Of a DNA stretch of 64,000 nt, positions 20,490-30,379 are shown piece by piece. Made by a program: the position numbers and the translations under genes. Every line of letters begins with the position of its first letter. Positions within the stretch are counted from its first letter, which is position 1. The notes under the pieces were generated by a model. It did no database searches. It saw nothing but the letters and a program-made list of their open reading frames with translations, and was not told the DNA's origin. This DNA is from Atopobiaceae bacterium. Lineage in GTDB: Bacteria; Actinomycetota; Coriobacteriia; Coriobacteriales; Atopobiaceae. The DNA lies in assembly GCA_022482785.1 (NCBI GenBank), contig JAKVON010000014.1, forward strand, positions 3,938 to 67,937, given 5' to 3'.

Positions 20490-21698
20490 CTACCAGACCA
20501 GGTCCGTGGCAGGAGCGCGATGCCGGTTGACGGTGACCTCGTACACCTGGCCGTTCCTCATGCGCACCACGCGGTTGGCCATGCGGGTTATCTCCTCGTT
20601 GTGGGTGACCATGACGAGCGTCGAGCCGTTCGCCACGACCTTCTCCATGACCGAGAGGACCTCGATGCTCGTCGTGTAGTCGAGCGCCGCGGTGGGCTCG
20701 TCGGCCAGGATGATCTTGGGGCGCTTGACGAGGGCGCGGGCGATCGAGACGCGCTGCTGCTGGCCGCCGGAGAGCTGGGAGGGGTAGCTCGTCTTGCGCT
20801 CCGAGAGCCCTACCACGTCCAGGGCCTCGTCGGGATCCATGGGATCGTCGACGAGCTCGGCGATGAGCTGGAGGTTCCTCTTCGCGTTGAGGTTGGGCAT
20901 GAGGTTGTAGCTCTGGAAGATGAAGCCGATGTTGTGACGTCGGAACTCCGTGAGGGTCTTCTGGTCTGCCCGGGAGTAGTCCTCGCCCATGAAGTCGAAC
21001 GAGCCGTCGGTCGCCGCGTCCATGCCGCCGATGATGTTGAGCAGCGTCGACTTGCCGCATCCCGACTCGCCCAGAAGCACGAGGAACTCCCCCTCGTAGA
21101 CGTCGAGGTTCACGCCCTTGAGGACCTTCGTCACCTGGTCGCCGTTCTGGAACTCGCGCGTGATGCCACGCAGCCTCATGATCGCCTTGCCCGGCTGCCA
21201 CCGGTCCTGGACGAGGTCGCCCTCCTCGATGGAGATCGCGGCCATCATCGCCATGATCTCGCAGGTGTCGGCATCCTCGTCGGTGAGGGGCCGGCTTCCC
21301 GCGCGGTTCGAGACCTCGACGCATCCGAGGATGCCGCGGTCGCCCGTGAGCGGGGCGCATACCAACGACTCGAGCACGGGCGCGTTCTCGCCGCCCGTGC
21401 CGGCGACCCCGAGGTCGAGGAGCCTCAGCGTCTTGCCGTCCGAGAAGACGCCGCCGATGGATCCCTCTCCGGGGGCGTAGGAGCTCGACGTGATGTCGTC
21501 GGAGCCGATCCAGTAGTAGGGGTGGAGGCGGCCGTCTCCCGCCTTGTCCGGATACCAGATGACGGCCATGTCGGCCTTGCAGGCCTCGACGATGAGCTTG
21601 AGGCTCTCGTGCAGCGCGTCGTCGAGCGTCTTGGCGTTGGATATCGCCGCCTGCATCGCGCCGATCGCGCGATACTGCCTCATGAGGGTGTCATCCAT
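20490..21698 (-). CDS. GAF domain fused to a MacB/LolD-type ABC transporter ATP-binding protein
   Basis: 402 aa. Residues ~1-165 are GAF-like ([23 protein letters not shown] ... GEGSIGGVF ... SLVCAPL...[10 protein letters not shown]...[13 protein letters not shown]). Then Walker [10 protein letters not shown], signature [15 protein letters not shown], Walker [12 protein letters not shown] and THN. The stop lies 4 nt before the permease start. Confidence 0.88.
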   Translation of the reverse strand: MDDTLMRQYRAIGAMQAAISNAKTLDDALHESLKLIVEACKADMAVIWYPDKAGDGRLHPYYWIGSDDITSSSYAPGEGSIGGVFSDGKTLRLLDLGVAGTGGENAPVLESLVCAPLTGDRGILGCVEVSNRAGSRPLTDEDADTCEIMAMMAAISIEEGDLVQDRWQPGKAIMRLRGITREFQNGDQVTKVLKGVNLDVYEGEFLVLLGESGCGKSTLLNIIGGMDAATDGSFDFMGEDYSRADQKTLTEFRRHNIGFIFQSYNLMPNLNAKRNLQLIAELVDDPMDPDEALDVVGLSERKTSYPSQLSGGQQQRVSIARALVKRPKIILADEPTAALDYTTSIEVLSVMEKVVANGSTLVMVTHNEEITRMANRVVRMRNGQVYEVTVNRHRAPATDLVW

Positions 21699-21787
21699 GA
21701 CCTGCCCCTATCCCGTTTTCCGTCCGAGTGATGACTCACATGTCACTCACTCTATCGACGCCCGTGGGGCTACGGCGGCGGCCATGG

Positions 21788-21813
21788 CCCGAAAATCGTC
21801 GAGCGGGCGGTCA
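21788..21813. repeat. Degenerate single unit of the 26-nt repeat family
   Basis: CCCGAAAATCGTCGAGCGGGCGGTC resembles the unit TGGCAGAAAAAGTCGAGTTTGCGGTT seen at 27489 and 51438. Confidence 0.4.
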
Positions 21814-21993
21814 TGGCCGGGTGGGATTCGCTCCTGCAGGCGGAATTCCCGCAGGTGGATAAGGCATGCCGGGCAAGCTTAATAAAAAGTTAAGAAATGA
21901 GGAGGAGGGGGACGTGCAACTCGGGCGAGGGGCCCATGCCTGCCTGGCGCGCGCGGCGCCGCGCGCGGGCCTTTCTTGCCGCGAGCGTGGGCG

Positions 21994-22680
21994 CTACGGC
22001 CGCCGCACGGCCCCGTAGCGCTCGTAGTAGGCGTCGAGCGCGGCCTTGGTGGCGTCATCGATGACGACCTCGCCGGCGCACGGCTTGGCATGGAGGGCCT
22101 CGACGACCTCGTCCATGGTGACGATGGCGGCCGTCGGGAAGCCGTAGCGCTCGCTCACCTCGTCGAGCGCGCACTGCGTGCCGCCCTTGCCCACCTCCTG
22201 GCGGTCGAGCGACACCATGAGCCCCACGACCTCGACATCGCCCTGGGCCTTGATGATGGGGTAGGTCTCCTCGATTGACTTTCCGCTGGTGGTGACGTCC
22301 TCCACCATGACCACGCGGTCGCCGGAGGCAAGGGGGCTCCCCAGGAGGATGCCGGCGTCGCCGTGGTCCTTCGCCTCCTTGCGGTTGGAGCAGTAGCGCG
22401 CCTCCTTGCCGTAGAGCTCGTCCAAGGCCATGCAGGTCACGACTGCCAGGGGGATGCCCTTGTAGGCGGGCCCGAACACCACGTCGAAGTCGAGCCCGAA
22501 GCTGTCGTGGATGGCGGTCGCGTAGGCCAGCCCCAGGCGATGGAGCTGGTCTCCCGTGACGTAGGCCCCGGCGTTCATGAAGAACGGCGACTTCCTGCCG
22601 CTCTTGAGGGTGAACTCGCCGAACCTGAGCACATGGCTCTCGACCATGAACTCGATGAAATCGCGCTTGTATGCCTCCAT
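21994..22680 (-). CDS. pyrE: Orotate phosphoribosyltransferase
   Basis: ORF trimmed to MEAYKRDFIEFMV (ATG 22680). PRPP-binding loop VVMVEDVTTSGKS. FTLKSGRKSPFFMN motif. Confidence 0.92.
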   Translation of the reverse strand: MEAYKRDFIEFMVESHVLRFGEFTLKSGRKSPFFMNAGAYVTGDQLHRLGLAYATAIHDSFGLDFDVVFGPAYKGIPLAVVTCMALDELYGKEARYCSNRKEAKDHGDAGILLGSPLASGDRVVMVEDVTTSGKSIEETYPIIKAQGDVEVVGLMVSLDRQEVGKGGTQCALDEVSERYGFPTAAIVTMDEVVEALHAKPCAGEVVIDDATKAALDAYYERYGAVRRP

Positions 22681-22778
22681 GGGGCTCCTTCGGCGTCGCC
22701 GTGGCTCGTCGTGGAGATTATAGGCCTCGTGCCCCAGGCCGACCTCGATGACGGCGAGCGAGGGCCCCGGCCTTCGGG

Positions 22779-24446
22779 TCACCTCGTCTCGTAGATGACC
22801 GCCTCGAGGGGGCGGAGCGTGCCGGGGGTCGCGTGCCCGTGCGTGGAGGCGACGAGCGCGGAGCCCTGCGTCAGGCAGGGGTCGTAGCCCGCCGGCTCGA
22901 CGGAGAGGTTCGCGAGCACGGTCGCGGTCGCGTCCGCCGAGGCGCGCGTGTAGGCGTAGATCCGCTCGTCGTCCGCCAGGAGCTCGTGGTAGTCGCCGCA
23001 GAGGAGCTCGGCGTGGTCCTGCCTCATGCGGGCAAGCTCGCGGTACCAGGACAGCACCGACGCATCGTCCGCAGACTCCGCCTCGACGTTCTGGCTGGCG
23101 TAGTCGTCATGCACGGGCAGCCAGGGCGTCGCGGAGGAGAACCCGGCGTTCCTGCCCGCGTCCCACTGCATGGGGGTGCGGGCGTTGTCGCGGCTGAAGC
23201 GGTGCACGGCCTCGAGAGCCTCGGCCTCCGAGAAGCCCTCCTCGAGGGCGAACCCGTACTGCGACCTCGAGGAGACGTCGTTGTAGTCGTCGATCGAGGG
23301 CCAGGCGACGTTGGCGTATCCCAGCTCCTCCCCCTGGTAGACGAAGGGGGTGCCGCGCAGGGTGAGCAGCACCGTGGCCAGGCATCGCGCCGCCTGCGTG
23401 CGGTCCGCGCCCGCGGGGAGGAAGTTGTCGACAGAGCGGGGCTGGTCGTGGTTCTCGAAGAAGACCGGGCACCACCCGTCCGCGGCGGTCGACGTCTGGT
23501 ATCCCGTGAGGGCCTGCTTGAGCTCGGTCAGCCTCCAGGCCGGGGCATGGCACCACTCCTCGGCCGCGCCCATGGGCACGTGCATGTGGTCGAAGCCGAA
23601 GAGCATGTCGAACACGCCGTCCGCCCCCACCCACCTGGGCAGGTCGGAGGTGGGAACGCCATTCGCCTCGGCGACGGAGAAGATGTCGTGCCCCTCGAGG
23701 ACGCTTCGCTTGAACTCGCCCAGGTAGTCGAGGATGCCTTCGGTGTTGGCGGTCATGTCGTGGATGCGTGCCATGCCGTCCTCGCCGTCGGGAGTGCCGT
23801 CCACGAAGCGGTTGGGCTTCTTGATGTAGGTGATCGCGTCGACGCGGAAGCCCCCCACGCCCTTCTCGACCCAGAAGTTCGCGACGTCGAAGAGGGCCTG
23901 GCGGACATCTGGGCTCTCCCAGTTGAGGTCGGGCTGGGCCGAGGCGAAGGTGTGCAGGTAGTACTGCTGGCGCTCCTCGCACCACTCCCATGCCGAGCCG
24001 CCGAAGATGCTGCGCCAGTTGGTGGGCGCGCCGCCTCCGGGCCGGGCGTCGCGCCATACGTACCAGTCGGCCTTGTCCCCGTCCCTTCCCGCCCTCGACT
24101 CCAGGAACCAGGGGCACTGGTCGGACGTGTGGTTGAACACCAGGTCCATGACCAAGCGTATGCCGCGCTCGCCTGCACGGGCGATGAGCTCGTCCATGTC
24201 CGCCATGGTCCCGAAGCTCGGGTCGATGGCGCGGTAGTCCTGGACGTCATAGCCGTTGTCCACCATGGGGGAGCGGTAGACCGGCGTGAGCCAGAGGGCA
24301 CCCACCCCGAGCGAGGCCAGGTGGTCGAGGCGCCCGATGATGCCTCGGATGGTGCCCGTCCCCTGCCCCCGCGTGTCCTGGAAGCTCTTGGGGTAGGCCT
24401 CGTAGGCTATGGTCCTCTGCCACCATCTCATGCCATCGGGTCTCAT
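22779..24446 (-). CDS. GH13 alpha-glucosidase / oligo-1,6-glucosidase family
   Basis: ATG 24446 follows GAGAGGAG. GH13 regions DLVFNHTS, GGFRVDAITYI, SVAEANG and FFENHDQPR. Confidence 0.9.
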   Translation of the reverse strand: MRPDGMRWWQRTIAYEAYPKSFQDTRGQGTGTIRGIIGRLDHLASLGVGALWLTPVYRSPMVDNGYDVQDYRAIDPSFGTMADMDELIARAGERGIRLVMDLVFNHTSDQCPWFLESRAGRDGDKADWYVWRDARPGGGAPTNWRSIFGGSAWEWCEERQQYYLHTFASAQPDLNWESPDVRQALFDVANFWVEKGVGGFRVDAITYIKKPNRFVDGTPDGEDGMARIHDMTANTEGILDYLGEFKRSVLEGHDIFSVAEANGVPTSDLPRWVGADGVFDMLFGFDHMHVPMGAAEEWCHAPAWRLTELKQALTGYQTSTAADGWCPVFFENHDQPRSVDNFLPAGADRTQAARCLATVLLTLRGTPFVYQGEELGYANVAWPSIDDYNDVSSRSQYGFALEEGFSEAEALEAVHRFSRDNARTPMQWDAGRNAGFSSATPWLPVHDDYASQNVEAESADDASVLSWYRELARMRQDHAELLCGDYHELLADDERIYAYTRASADATATVLANLSVEPAGYDPCLTQGSALVASTHGHATPGTLRPLEAVIYETR

Positions 24447-24495
24447 GTGGGTCTCCTCTCTCGTTGGTTTAAACAAGTCTAGCCATTTTTACGAG

Positions 24496-24531
24496 AGGCC
24501 CCTCCGCCGCGTCCATGCGGCAGAGGGGCCT
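24496..24531. terminator. GC-rich hairpin just downstream of ppc (minus strand)
   Basis: AGGCCCCTCcGCCGC, loop gtccat, GCGGCaGAGGGGCCT. There is no U-tract in the minus-strand direction. Confidence 0.45.
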
Positions 24532-24553
24532 GGAAGCGGCATGTCCGGGGATT

Positions 24554-27292
24554 CTACCCCGTGTTCTGGAGGCCTGCGGCGACTCCGGAGACGGTGCAGA
24601 GGATGAGGAAGATGAACCGCTCGCGCTCCTCCGGCGTGAGCGCGTCGCCCCTGGTCCTGATCTCGCGAAGGGCGTGCACCTGCGCGAGCGAGAGGGCGTT
24701 CACGTAGGGCAGCCTCACGCGCACGACCTGGCCCAGGACCCGCCTCTTGGCGAGCGGCGCCTCGTCGCCCACGATGGCGAGGACCCACTTGCGCGTGAGG
24801 CGCATCTCGTCCATGACCTTCTTGGTGAGGTCGGGGCGGTCGCCGAGGGAGAGGTACATGGCGGCGATGCGGTCGTCGGTCTTGGCGAGCGACATCTCGA
24901 TGTTGTCGACGAAGGTGGTGAAGACGGGCCACTCCCCGTAGGCCTTGCGCAAAAGCTCGAGGTCGTCGAGCCTCTCGCAGGCGGTGCCCAGGCCGTACCA
25001 GGCGGCGAGGTTGATGCGCGCCTGCGACCACGAGAACACCCAGGGGATGGTGCGCAGGTCGTCGAGCGAGGTGGCGCCCAGGCCGCGCTTGGCCGGCCGC
25101 GAGCCGATGGGCAGCAGGCCTATCTCGGCGAGCGGCGTCACGGTCGAGAACCACTCGGGGAACCCGTCGGTGTTGAGGAGGTCGACGTAACGCTCGCGCG
25201 AGGCGAGGTCGAGCCTCTTGCCCATGTCGCCGTAGATGCGCGTGGTCTCGGTGTTGAGCCACTCGATGCTGGGCGCGGAGTTGAGCAGCGTGGCCGCCGC
25301 GACCGACTCCACGTGCCTGCGGGCGAGCGTCTGGTCCCCGTAGCGGGCGAAGATGACCTCGCCTTGCTCGGTGAGCTTGAAGCGGCAGTTGACCGAGCCC
25401 TTGGGCTGCGAGAGCACGGCGTGGTTGGCGGGCCCGCCCCCGCGGCCGACGGCGCCCCCGCGACCGTGGAACAGCGTGAGGTCGATGTGGTGCTCCTCGG
25501 CCCAGCGAGCGATGCGGCCCTGCGCGGAGTGGAGGGCGAGCGTGGCCGAGGTGGGGCCGGCGTCCTTGGACGAGTCGGAGTAGCCGAGCATGACCTCCAT
25601 CTTGCGCCCGGTCTGGGCCAGGCGGCGCTGGACGTCGGGGAGCTTGATGATCTCCTCGAGGGTGTCGACCGAGCCCTCCAGGTCCTCCAGCTGCTCGAAG
25701 AGGGGGATGACGTCGAGCGTGGGAACGTCGGCCTCGTGCTCGAAGGCGAGGCGGGCGAGCTCGTAGACGTCGGCAATGTCCTGCGCCGACTTCGTGAACG
25801 AGATGATGTAGCGCCTGGCGGCGTCGACCCCGTTCTTGCGCTGGATGTAGCCGATGGAGCGGAAGGTGTCGAGGACCTCGAGGGTCATGGGGGCGAGCGC
25901 GCCCCTCTCGCCATGGCGCCCGTGCTCGCGGATGTCGGCCAGGGCCCGCGAGTGCACGACGGAGTGCTGGCGGAACTCCATCTGCACGAGGTGGAAGCCG
26001 AAGGTCTGCGCCTGCCAGATGAGGGTCTGGACGGGCCCGTAGGCGCTGCGGACCGCCCCGGAGCCGGCGAGCGAGTCCTGGACGACGCGCAGGTCGGCGA
26101 TGTACTCGTCGGCCGAGCCGTACATGATGTCGGCGGTGCGGGCGATGGTCGCCTCGAGCCGGTTGGCGATCACGAGCATGACGGCGCGGTGCGGCTCTCG
26201 GTCGGAGACCTCGCTCGCCTGGTCGGTGAGGCGCTCGCTCATCTCCACCTGGTGGTTCCAGAGGTTGGTGAGCTCGGCCGAGGGGGTGGTGGACCCCGCC
26301 TCGAGCGTGAGGTTGCGGCCGATGGCGTGGGTCTCGGAGGCGAGGGTCTCGAGCATGTGGACGCGGAACTTCTCGGAGACGGTGCGGCTCACCTTGGCGG
26401 TGACGTTGGGGTTGCCGTCGCGGTCGGAGCCGATCCAGCTGCCGGGATGGAAGAAGGCCGGGCACACGGGCGGCACGGTGCCCGCCTCGGCTCCGAGCTC
26501 CCAGTCGTCGAAGCGGCGGTATACCTCGGGGATGGTGCGGAAGAGGGTGTTGTCGAAGATGTCGATGATGGTGTCGGCCTCCTCGACGGGGGTCGGCTTC
26601 TTGAGCGCGATGGGCGAGGTGCGGAAGAGGGCGTCGATCTCCTGGAGCATGCGCCGCTCGTTCTCGGCGAGGTCGGCCCCGCCGAGGCTGGGACGCTCGT
26701 CGAGCAGCCGTGCGATGCGGCGGATTTTGCCCTCGACCGCCTTGCGGCGCGCCTCGGTCGGGTGTGCCGTGAAGACGGGATGGAACTCGAGCCTGCCCAG
26801 GAGCTTGTCGGCCTCGTCCTTGCCCATCTCCTCGATGAGGCGGCGATAGGCGACGGTGATCTCGTTGACGGGGTCCTCGGCCGCGTCGAGGTCGACCAGG
26901 GACTCGCGGGCACGCAGCGACGACACGCGGTAGTTCTCCTCGCAGACGTTGGCGAGGTGGAAGTAGGCCGCGAAGGCCCTCATGACCAGCTGGGAGCTGT
27001 CCTCGGAGAGAGACTCGACGACGCTCACCGCGTCGGCGAAGGCCGCGTCGGCCCTCTTGGCAGGCGACTGGCTGGAGTAGGTGTCGATCATGTCGTCGAG
27101 CAGGTGGTCGAAGACCTTCCGCAGCTCGGGGTCGTACTCCTTGAGGACGCGCCTGACCAGGCGGAGGAAGAGCTCGAGGTTGTCTTTGAGGGCGTCTGGA
27201 ACGTTCACCTCCGAGAGGGCCTCGGCGGCCGCGGCCGCCTCCCCCCTCGGCTCGATCATGCGCTTGAGCTCGTGCGTTTCGTCTTGAGTCAC
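24554..27292 (-). CDS. ppc: Phosphoenolpyruvate carboxylase
   Basis: 912 aa. [12 protein letters not shown] and [10 protein letters not shown] motifs. C-terminal ...GLQNTG signature. Confidence 0.95.
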   Translation of the reverse strand: MTQDETHELKRMIEPRGEAAAAAEALSEVNVPDALKDNLELFLRLVRRVLKEYDPELRKVFDHLLDDMIDTYSSQSPAKRADAAFADAVSVVESLSEDSSQLVMRAFAAYFHLANVCEENYRVSSLRARESLVDLDAAEDPVNEITVAYRRLIEEMGKDEADKLLGRLEFHPVFTAHPTEARRKAVEGKIRRIARLLDERPSLGGADLAENERRMLQEIDALFRTSPIALKKPTPVEEADTIIDIFDNTLFRTIPEVYRRFDDWELGAEAGTVPPVCPAFFHPGSWIGSDRDGNPNVTAKVSRTVSEKFRVHMLETLASETHAIGRNLTLEAGSTTPSAELTNLWNHQVEMSERLTDQASEVSDREPHRAVMLVIANRLEATIARTADIMYGSADEYIADLRVVQDSLAGSGAVRSAYGPVQTLIWQAQTFGFHLVQMEFRQHSVVHSRALADIREHGRHGERGALAPMTLEVLDTFRSIGYIQRKNGVDAARRYIISFTKSAQDIADVYELARLAFEHEADVPTLDVIPLFEQLEDLEGSVDTLEEIIKLPDVQRRLAQTGRKMEVMLGYSDSSKDAGPTSATLALHSAQGRIARWAEEHHIDLTLFHGRGGAVGRGGGPANHAVLSQPKGSVNCRFKLTEQGEVIFARYGDQTLARRHVESVAAATLLNSAPSIEWLNTETTRIYGDMGKRLDLASRERYVDLLNTDGFPEWFSTVTPLAEIGLLPIGSRPAKRGLGATSLDDLRTIPWVFSWSQARINLAAWYGLGTACERLDDLELLRKAYGEWPVFTTFVDNIEMSLAKTDDRIAAMYLSLGDRPDLTKKVMDEMRLTRKWVLAIVGDEAPLAKRRVLGQVVRVRLPYVNALSLAQVHALREIRTRGDALTPEERERFIFLILCTVSGVAAGLQNTG

Positions 27293-27446
27293 GGTGCCTC
27301 CCCATGGGGCGCCGCGATGGGCGTCCCTGCACGCTCGATAGTTATCGCGGACAAGGGTAGCAGCCCGGTCCCGCGTGGCAGGCGGCGCGGGCCGTTTCGT
27401 AATCTGCAGATAACAGAAGGGTCATGTGGCGACCGTGGTTGGTCCC

Positions 27447-27621
27447 TGGCAGAAAAAGCAGGGTGTGCGGTCGGAGGGCCGCGGCGCGTGGCAGAAAAAG
27501 TCGAGTTTGCGGTTCCCAAACCTCTCCCGCAACCGGCTTCGGCTCGAAAACACGACCGCACACCCTACTTTTACTGCCAGAAGATTGCTTTTGAGGACCG
27601 CACACCCTGCTTTTCCTGCCA
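27447..27621. repeat. 175-bp composite element of four 26-nt units (two forward, two reverse), copy A
   Basis: Units at 27447-27472, 27489-27514, 27554-27579 and 27596-27621. Unit starts are at offsets 0/42/107/149. See findings. Confidence 0.85.
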
Positions 27622-27720
27622 TGCGGGGCAATAGGGGGGCGGCGAGGTGGGTATCGTGATGGTGGTGGAACGTCCTCGCGCGTCCCTCCTCCTTGTATCC
27701 GCCGCAGAAGGGCTCTTCGC

Positions 27721-28347
27721 ATGGTCACCGACACCTCTCTCACAGGCTTCCTCGACGTCCTCTCGTCGGCCGCCCCGGTTCCCGGCGGGGGAGGGGCGGC
27801 TGCCGTGGCCGGTGCCATGGCGGCTTCGCTGGGCGGGATGGTCGCCAGCCTCACCAGCGGAAAGCGCCGCTATGCAGACGTGCAGGCGCAGATCGACGAC
27901 TGCGTCGGGCGTGCCGGGCGCCTCCGCGGGGAGCTCCTCGCGCTCGCCGACGCGGATGCCGCCGCATTCGAGCCCCTCTCCGTGGCCTACGGCCTTCCCA
28001 AGGGCACCGAGGGGGAGCGAGCCCGCAAGGCGGAGGTCATGGAGGCGGCGCTTCGCGAGGCGTGCGAGCCGCCCCTTCGCATGATGGAGACCCTCGGCGA
28101 GGTCATCGACCTGCTCGAGGAGCTCGGGCGCATCGGGACGCGCATCGCCGTCTCCGACGTGGGGGCGGGGGCGGCGCTCGCATCCGCCGCGCTTCGGGCG
28201 GCGAGCCTGAACGTCCTCATAAACGCGCGCTCCATGGCCGATCGCGAGCATGCCGACGCGCTGGTCGGACGGACGCGCCGCCTGGTGGACGAGGGGTGTG
28301 CCAGGGCGGATGCGCTCTACCTCGAAGTCGAGAGGGGAATCGCATGA
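27721..28347 (+). CDS. fchA: Cyclodeaminase/cyclohydrolase family protein (methenyl-THF cyclohydrolase FchA / FTCD C-domain type)
   Basis: 208-aa all-helical protein. FLDVLSSAAPVPGGGGAAAVAGAMAASL motif. Its stop overlaps the folD start (ATGA). Confidence 0.85.
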   Translation: MVTDTSLTGFLDVLSSAAPVPGGGGAAAVAGAMAASLGGMVASLTSGKRRYADVQAQIDDCVGRAGRLRGELLALADADAAAFEPLSVAYGLPKGTEGERARKAEVMEAALREACEPPLRMMETLGEVIDLLEELGRIGTRIAVSDVGAGAALASAALRAASLNVLINARSMADREHADALVGRTRRLVDEGCARADALYLEVERGIA

Positions 28348-29192
28348 GAAAGCTGCTTGCGGGCGCGCCCGTGGCCGAGGCCATGTCCGAGCGCCTGCTC
28401 AAGGAGACGGCCCAGCTCAGGGTTGCGGGGATCTTCCCGAAGCTCGCCATCGTGCGGGTGGGGGAGCGGCCCGATGACCTGTCCTACGAGCGGGCCATCC
28501 TCAAGCGCATGTCGAAGCTCGGCATCGACGTTGAGGTCGTCGCCCTGCCGGAGGACGTCTCCCAGGACGACGTCGAGGCTCGCCTTGCCCAGGCGAACGA
28601 GGACCCCGCAACCCACGGCATCCTCGTCTTCCGCCCGCTCCCCGAGCATCTCGACGAGGCCCGCATCCGTCGCGCCGTCGATCCCTCCAAGGACGTCGAC
28701 GGCATGAGCCCGCAGAACGAGGGGCTGCTCTTCGAGGGCGACGAGCAGGCCTTCGCTCCCTGCACCGCCCAGGCCGTGGTCGAGATGTTCGACCACTACC
28801 GCGGCGGGCTGCGGGGCAGGCGCGTGGTGGTGCTGGGACGGTCGATGGTGGTGGGAAGGCCGGTGGCCATGCTCCTGCTCGCCCGCGACGCGACGGTCAC
28901 CATCTGCCACTCGAAGACGAAGGACCTCGCCGATCGGTGCCGCGAGGCCGACATCCTGGTCTGTGCCATCGGGCGCGCCCGCTACGTGACCGCCGACATG
29001 GTCAGCCCGGATGCCGTCGTGATCGACGTGGGCATCAACGTGGACGCCAGCGGCGAGCTCGTGGGCGACGTCGACTACGAGGCCGTGAGCGAGCTGGCGG
29101 CCTCGATTACCCCCGTGCCCGGGGGCGTCGGCGCCGTCACGACCTCCGTGCTGGCCGATCACGTGATCAGGGCTGCCCGCGCCATCGGCTGA
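28344..29192 (+). CDS. folD: Bifunctional methylene-THF dehydrogenase / methenyl-THF cyclohydrolase
   Basis: 282 aa. Motifs DVDGMSPQNEG, VVVLGRSMVVGRPVAMLL and PVPGGVGAVTTSVL. Confidence 0.93.
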   Translation: MRKLLAGAPVAEAMSERLLKETAQLRVAGIFPKLAIVRVGERPDDLSYERAILKRMSKLGIDVEVVALPEDVSQDDVEARLAQANEDPATHGILVFRPLPEHLDEARIRRAVDPSKDVDGMSPQNEGLLFEGDEQAFAPCTAQAVVEMFDHYRGGLRGRRVVVLGRSMVVGRPVAMLLLARDATVTICHSKTKDLADRCREADILVCAIGRARYVTADMVSPDAVVIDVGINVDASGELVGDVDYEAVSELAASITPVPGGVGAVTTSVLADHVIRAARAIG

Positions 29193-29229
29193 GGGCGCGG
29201 GCAGCGTCCCTGCGCGTGTCGCGTCGCCG

Positions 29230-30169
29230 CTACCTGTACGTGTAGAACCCCTTGCCCGCGTTGACGCCGGTCTCGCCGCGGTCGATCTTCTCCTTGAGCA
29301 CCGCCGCGATCTTGCCGGGCACGGTCTCGGGGTCCTTGGCGTCCGGGCTCATGACCACGATGTTGTAGGCGGTGGCGAGGCCCACGATGTCGAGGATGCG
29401 GAAGGGGCCAGCCGGCGCTCCCGTCGCGAGCATCCAGGTCTTGTCGATGGTCTCGGGATCGGCCACGCCGGTGGCGTAGAGCATCTCCGCTGCGTTGAGG
29501 AACGGCACGAGCATGCTGTTCAGGATGTAGCCGGGCTGCTCCTTGTGCAGGCACAGCGGGATCATGCGGATGGCCGAGGCGAACTCCACGACCTCGTCGT
29601 AGGCCTCCCTGCTCGTGCCGGCATGGCCCATGACCTCGGCGGTGTTGTTCTTCCAGATCTCGTTGGCAAAGTGCAGGCCCAGGTACTTCTCGGGACGTCC
29701 CGTGTACGAGGCGAACGTGCTGGGGAGCATCGTCGAGGAGTTGGTGCAGATGATGGTCTGGACCGGCAGGTGCTTCGCAAGCTCGGTGTAGAAGGCGATC
29801 TTCTGCTTGGGGTCCTCGGCGATGGCCTCGATGACCAGGTCTGCGTCTGCGGCGGCCTCCGCGTAGCTGGTGGTGAGCACGAGCGAGTCGTAGGCCTTCT
29901 CGAGCTGGGCCTCGAGCTCGTCGATCTTCTCGGGGGTGACGTCGGGGGAGGGAGCCAGGCCGCGGCAATAGGCCGCCGGGCTCGTCTTCATGGCCTCGAG
30001 GGTCTGCAGGTAGACGCCCTTGAGACGCTCGAGCTTGGGCCTCGCGCGCCCGATCGAGCCCCTCGCTTCTCAGCCATATGGCGACGTCGAACCCGCAATA
30101 GGCACTCTGGAGCGCGATCTGGCTGCCCAGGACGCCCCCTCCTGCGACGACGACCTTCCTGATGCTCAT
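29230..30169 (-). pseudogene. 3-hydroxyacyl-CoA (3-hydroxybutyryl-CoA) dehydrogenase family, one frame disruption (or sequencing error)
   Basis: The N-terminus MSIRKVVVAGGGVLGSQIALQSAYCGFDVAIWLRSEG starts at ATG 30169 after GGGAGGAG. It is in a different frame from the remainder SIGRARPKLERLKGVYLQTLEAMKTS...HFANEIWKNNTAEVM...GKGFYTYR. The junction lies in a run of four C at 30059-30062. Confidence 0.8.
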
Positions 30170-30379
30170 GCTGCTCCTCCCGTTGTCCACGTGCGTCTCA
30201 TTGCCCTATAGGCTACCCACCGCGGCGCGGCTGCAGTGTCGCGCGGCGTCTTTTTCTCGGAGGGGATCGCTCTCAGGTCGCCTACAGGCTCATGGAGGGC
30301 GACAGTCGAATTTGCCAGGAAAACAGCACTTCATGTATACTGTTGGAAAATGCAAGCTATTTTCGCCAGGAGGTTTGTT

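Noticed and set aside
21885-21993. RBS-like GAGGAGGAGGGGG followed by GTG/ATG-initiated short ORFs between the GAF-ABC operon and pyrE.
   Set aside because: The ORFs run into and antisense to pyrE. They encode Arg/Ala-rich sequence and include the GC-rich hairpin GCGCGCGGCGCCGCGCGC, which more likely ends pyrE transcription.
27447-27621. Possible mini-CRISPR array (regularly spaced repeats). The same question applies to 51396-51570.
   Set aside because: There are only two direct copies per side. Units are 26 nt with 16-nt spacers, which is too short. The repeats are imperfect and half are inverted. No cas genes are in the window.
24515-27634. 1039-aa plus-strand ORF covering the ppc locus and the repeat module.
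   Set aside because: It is antisense to a complete, motif-bearing PEP carboxylase. Its composition is typical of GC-driven spurious ORFs, and it runs through the non-coding repeat module.
27422-27659. Small ORFs through the repeat module giving recurring peptides (WQKKQGVRS / WQKKSSLRF, TAHPTFTA / TAHPAFPA).
   Set aside because: The peptide repetition is a by-product of the DNA repeats. ORFs exist on both strands. There is no RBS, the spacer-encoded parts are not conserved between the two modules, and the composition is non-protein-like.
27622-27720. Possible folate (THF) riboswitch ahead of fchA-folD.
   Set aside because: I could not find the conserved THF-I or THF-II sequence or pairing elements in the ~100-nt leader.
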